Shown piece after piece: positions 62,279-64,000 of a stretch of 64,000 nt of DNA (position 1 is its first letter; every line of letters begins with the position of its first letter). The stretch lies in the sequence record NZ_CP067423.1. One strand, given 5' to 3'. The DNA comes from a plasmid. The notes below the pieces were generated by a model. It saw only the letters and a list, made by a program, of their open reading frames with translations. It searched no databases and had not been told where the DNA came from. The translations under genes were made by a program, and so were the position numbers.

Positions 62279-64000
62279 GAAGGCTGAAACTGGTTCTGTC
62301 CCCCGTCATCGCCCTGGCGGGCTTCACCTTCACCGCCTCCACTGTCACCCTCTTCGGCCTTGGCACGATCCGGCAAGCCGGTATTCCCACCGCCGAATGG
62401 TGGGGCTATCTCTTCGCCACCATGCCGGACGCCTACACTCAGTCATGGGTCAACGAATGGCTGCTCTACGGAGCCGCCGCAGGCCTTATCACCGCCTGCT
62501 TGGCCGTCTACCGTATCCTGGGCGAAGACGGTGTTCCTCTCGGTCGTGACGGCCGCGCCCTGTTCGGCTCCGCGAAATACGCAACGCCGCGGCAGGGCAG
62601 GAAATCGGGGCTGATCTACTCATTCCGCCCCCGGCCCGATTGCATCCTGCTCGGCCGCACCGCCGGGGTCCTGGGGATGGGCAAACGTTACGTCTGCCTT
62701 CCCGGTCCGGAGCACGCCCTGCTCTATGCCAGGACCGGCAGCGGCAAGGGCGTCGCCTACGTTGTCCCGAATTGCTTCAACTACGCCGACAGCTTGGTCG
62801 TGCTCGACATCAAGCGGGAAAACTACACGAGAACGGCGGCGCATCGGGAGAACACCCTCGGCCAGGACGTCTTCCTGTTCTCGCCCCTGGCCGAAAACGG
62901 CGCCACCCACTGCTGGAATCCGGTCGGTGGGATCGATGAGTCACAGCCGGATTACCTGTCCAGGATCCAGCGCCGGGCCTTCAACCTGTTTCCCGAAGTC
63001 GGCACGGCCAGCAGGAACAAGTTCTGGCAGGACAGCGCGCGGACCGCATGGACCGGCATCGCGACCCTGATCTGCGAGACGCCGGGAATGGACCTGACCC
63101 CGGCCTCGATCTTCCGCTTCTTCACCCGCGGCGACAGCGTCGAGACGATCGCCCGCATGGTCGAGGAGCGCCGGGCCACGGACCGGCCCTACACCCAGGA
63201 CTGCGTCAACCTGCTGTCCGATTATCTACGCGGCAACGAGGACATGGTTCAGGGCATCCGCAAGCAGGTCACCAGCACCATGGGGATCTGGTTCAATCCG
63301 AAGGTCGTGGCGGCAACATCCCGTAGCGACTTCGACCTGCGCGACCTGCGCCGGCGCAAGATGACCATTTATATCGGCGTCATGCCATCCGACTTGGAGC
63401 AACTGGGCTTCCTGCTGCGCCTGTTCTTCCTCCAGCTCTTCGACGCCTGCATGGACTCCCACCCGGATCACGACAGCACCATCACCCACCGGTGCCACGT
63501 CCTGATGGACGAGTTGACCGCCCTCCCCCCGATGCGACCGATCGCCAGGGCCAACGGCTTCGCGCGGGGCTTCGGGCTGCACTTCAGCTTCGTCGTCCAG
63601 ACCAAGACCGATCTGAGAGACGAATACAAGGAAGACGGACTGGCGTCACTATTGGGGAACCTCGGCGCGGAAATCGTCTTCGGCACCAATGACGAACTGC
63701 TGACGAAGGAGGTCAGCGAGCGCACCGGGTACGGCACCGTCGAGAACATCAGCCGGTCGGCGCCGCGCTTCTTCGGGTGGTTCCGTGCCAGGGAGCAGAA
63801 CGAAAACACCGGTCAGGCGAAGCGCGCGCTCATCCTCCCCCAGGAGGTCAACGAGCTTCCCGACGACGAGCAGATCATGTTCCGCAGGGGGGCGCCCGCG
63901 TTCCGCCTCAAGCGGAACTGCTGGTACACCGATGCCAACTTCATGAATCTGGAGCAGACGCCGGTCGAGCCGCCGGCCGTGGCCTGCACACTCGACCGCG
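62275..64000 (+). CDS. virD4: T4SS-3 VirD4-family coupling protein, 5' ~575 codons (runs off window end)
   Basis: Translation from ATG 62275: two N-terminal TMs, GSAKYATPRQ (GSARWA-like), Walker A ARTGSGKGV, VLDIKREN, HVLMDELTAL Walker B. No stop before 64000, so absent from the ORF track. Confidence 0.85.
   Translation, partial: MRRLKLVLSPVIALAGFTFTASTVTLFGLGTIRQAGIPTAEWWGYLFATMPDAYTQSWVNEWLLYGAAAGLITACLAVYRILGEDGVPLGRDGRALFGSAKYATPRQGRKSGLIYSFRPRPDCILLGRTAGVLGMGKRYVCLPGPEHALLYARTGSGKGVAYVVPNCFNYADSLVVLDIKRENYTRTAAHRENTLGQDVFLFSPLAENGATHCWNPVGGIDESQPDYLSRIQRRAFNLFPEVGTASRNKFWQDSARTAWTGIATLICETPGMDLTPASIFRFFTRGDSVETIARMVEERRATDRPYTQDCVNLLSDYLRGNEDMVQGIRKQVTSTMGIWFNPKVVAATSRSDFDLRDLRRRKMTIYIGVMPSDLEQLGFLLRLFFLQLFDACMDSHPDHDSTITHRCHVLMDELTALPPMRPIARANGFARGFGLHFSFVVQTKTDLRDEYKEDGLASLLGNLGAEIVFGTNDELLTKEVSERTGYGTVENISRSAPRFFGWFRAREQNENTGQAKRALILPQEVNELPDDEQIMFRRGAPAFRLKRNCWYTDANFMNLEQTPVEPPAVACTLDR

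Overview
This 64-kb window looks like part of a large, GC-rich, alpha-proteobacterial (Rhizobiales-type) repABC megaplasmid with heavy insertion-sequence traffic. Everything below is read by eye from the sequence and the supplied ORF track; no database search was run. Many long ORFs on the opposite strand of real genes are high-GC artefacts and were set aside.

Layout from left to right:
1. A Ti-plasmid-like, quorum-sensing conjugation block on the minus strand: trbE (partial), trbD, trbC, trbB and traI. A divergent TraR-like LuxR regulator sits opposite, with a tra/lux-box-like dyad between them.
2. A Fic-family protein followed by a small WGR-domain protein.
3. A complete repABC replication/partition cassette. 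The repB-repC spacer carries the features of the known antisense control RNA, and there is a parS-like dyad between repA and repB.
4. A nested IS cluster: an IS5-family (IS903-group) element abuts a 3'-truncated IS110-family transposase gene.
5. A visibly lower-GC captured second replicon: a small ParA plus partner protein, an origin with AT-rich tract, about seven 16-bp iterons on a 21-22-bp period and a perfect DnaA box, and an RPA-family Rep initiator. It is bounded by transposase debris and a 55-bp inverted-repeat-flanked structured element.
6. A second, complete trb-type conjugation (T4SS) locus in Ti gene order on the minus strand. Order: VirD2-like short relaxase, T4CP (frameshifted), trbB, trbC, trbD, trbE, small ORF, a beta-helix::TrbJ fusion, trbK-like, trbL, trbF, trbG, trbI. 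A candidate oriT nick site (ATCCTGC) lies upstream.
7. Accessory cargo: Rpn-family nuclease, HU, an RTX Ca-binding repeat protein, a PEP-CTERM protein with HAF repeats, a DUF417 membrane protein, an intact IS630 element with TA duplication, MarR, and a DUF1612-like gene preceded by a perfect 23-bp-arm palindrome.
8. A recombination/transposition block: a long serine recombinase, an ISAzo13-family transposase, and a Tn402/Tn5053-like tniQ-tniB-tniA module with a divergent paralogous resolvase whose 3' end is replaced by an IS6 copy.
9. A roughly 9.65-kb IS6-family composite transposon (two identical direct copies). It carries a 1084-aa Toprim primase-like protein, a small wHTH gene with twin palindromic operators, a GGDEF-EAL signalling protein and an AT-rich island.
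10. A third T4SS operon (virB8 3' fragment, virB9, virB10, virB11, virD4 partial) whose 5' end has been removed by that transposon.

Most worth follow-up: the beta-helix::TrbJ fusion in the pilus-tip slot of the second T4SS; three T4SS loci in one window; the iteron replicon captured inside a repABC plasmid; and the frameshifted coupling protein next to a minimal VirD2-like relaxase.
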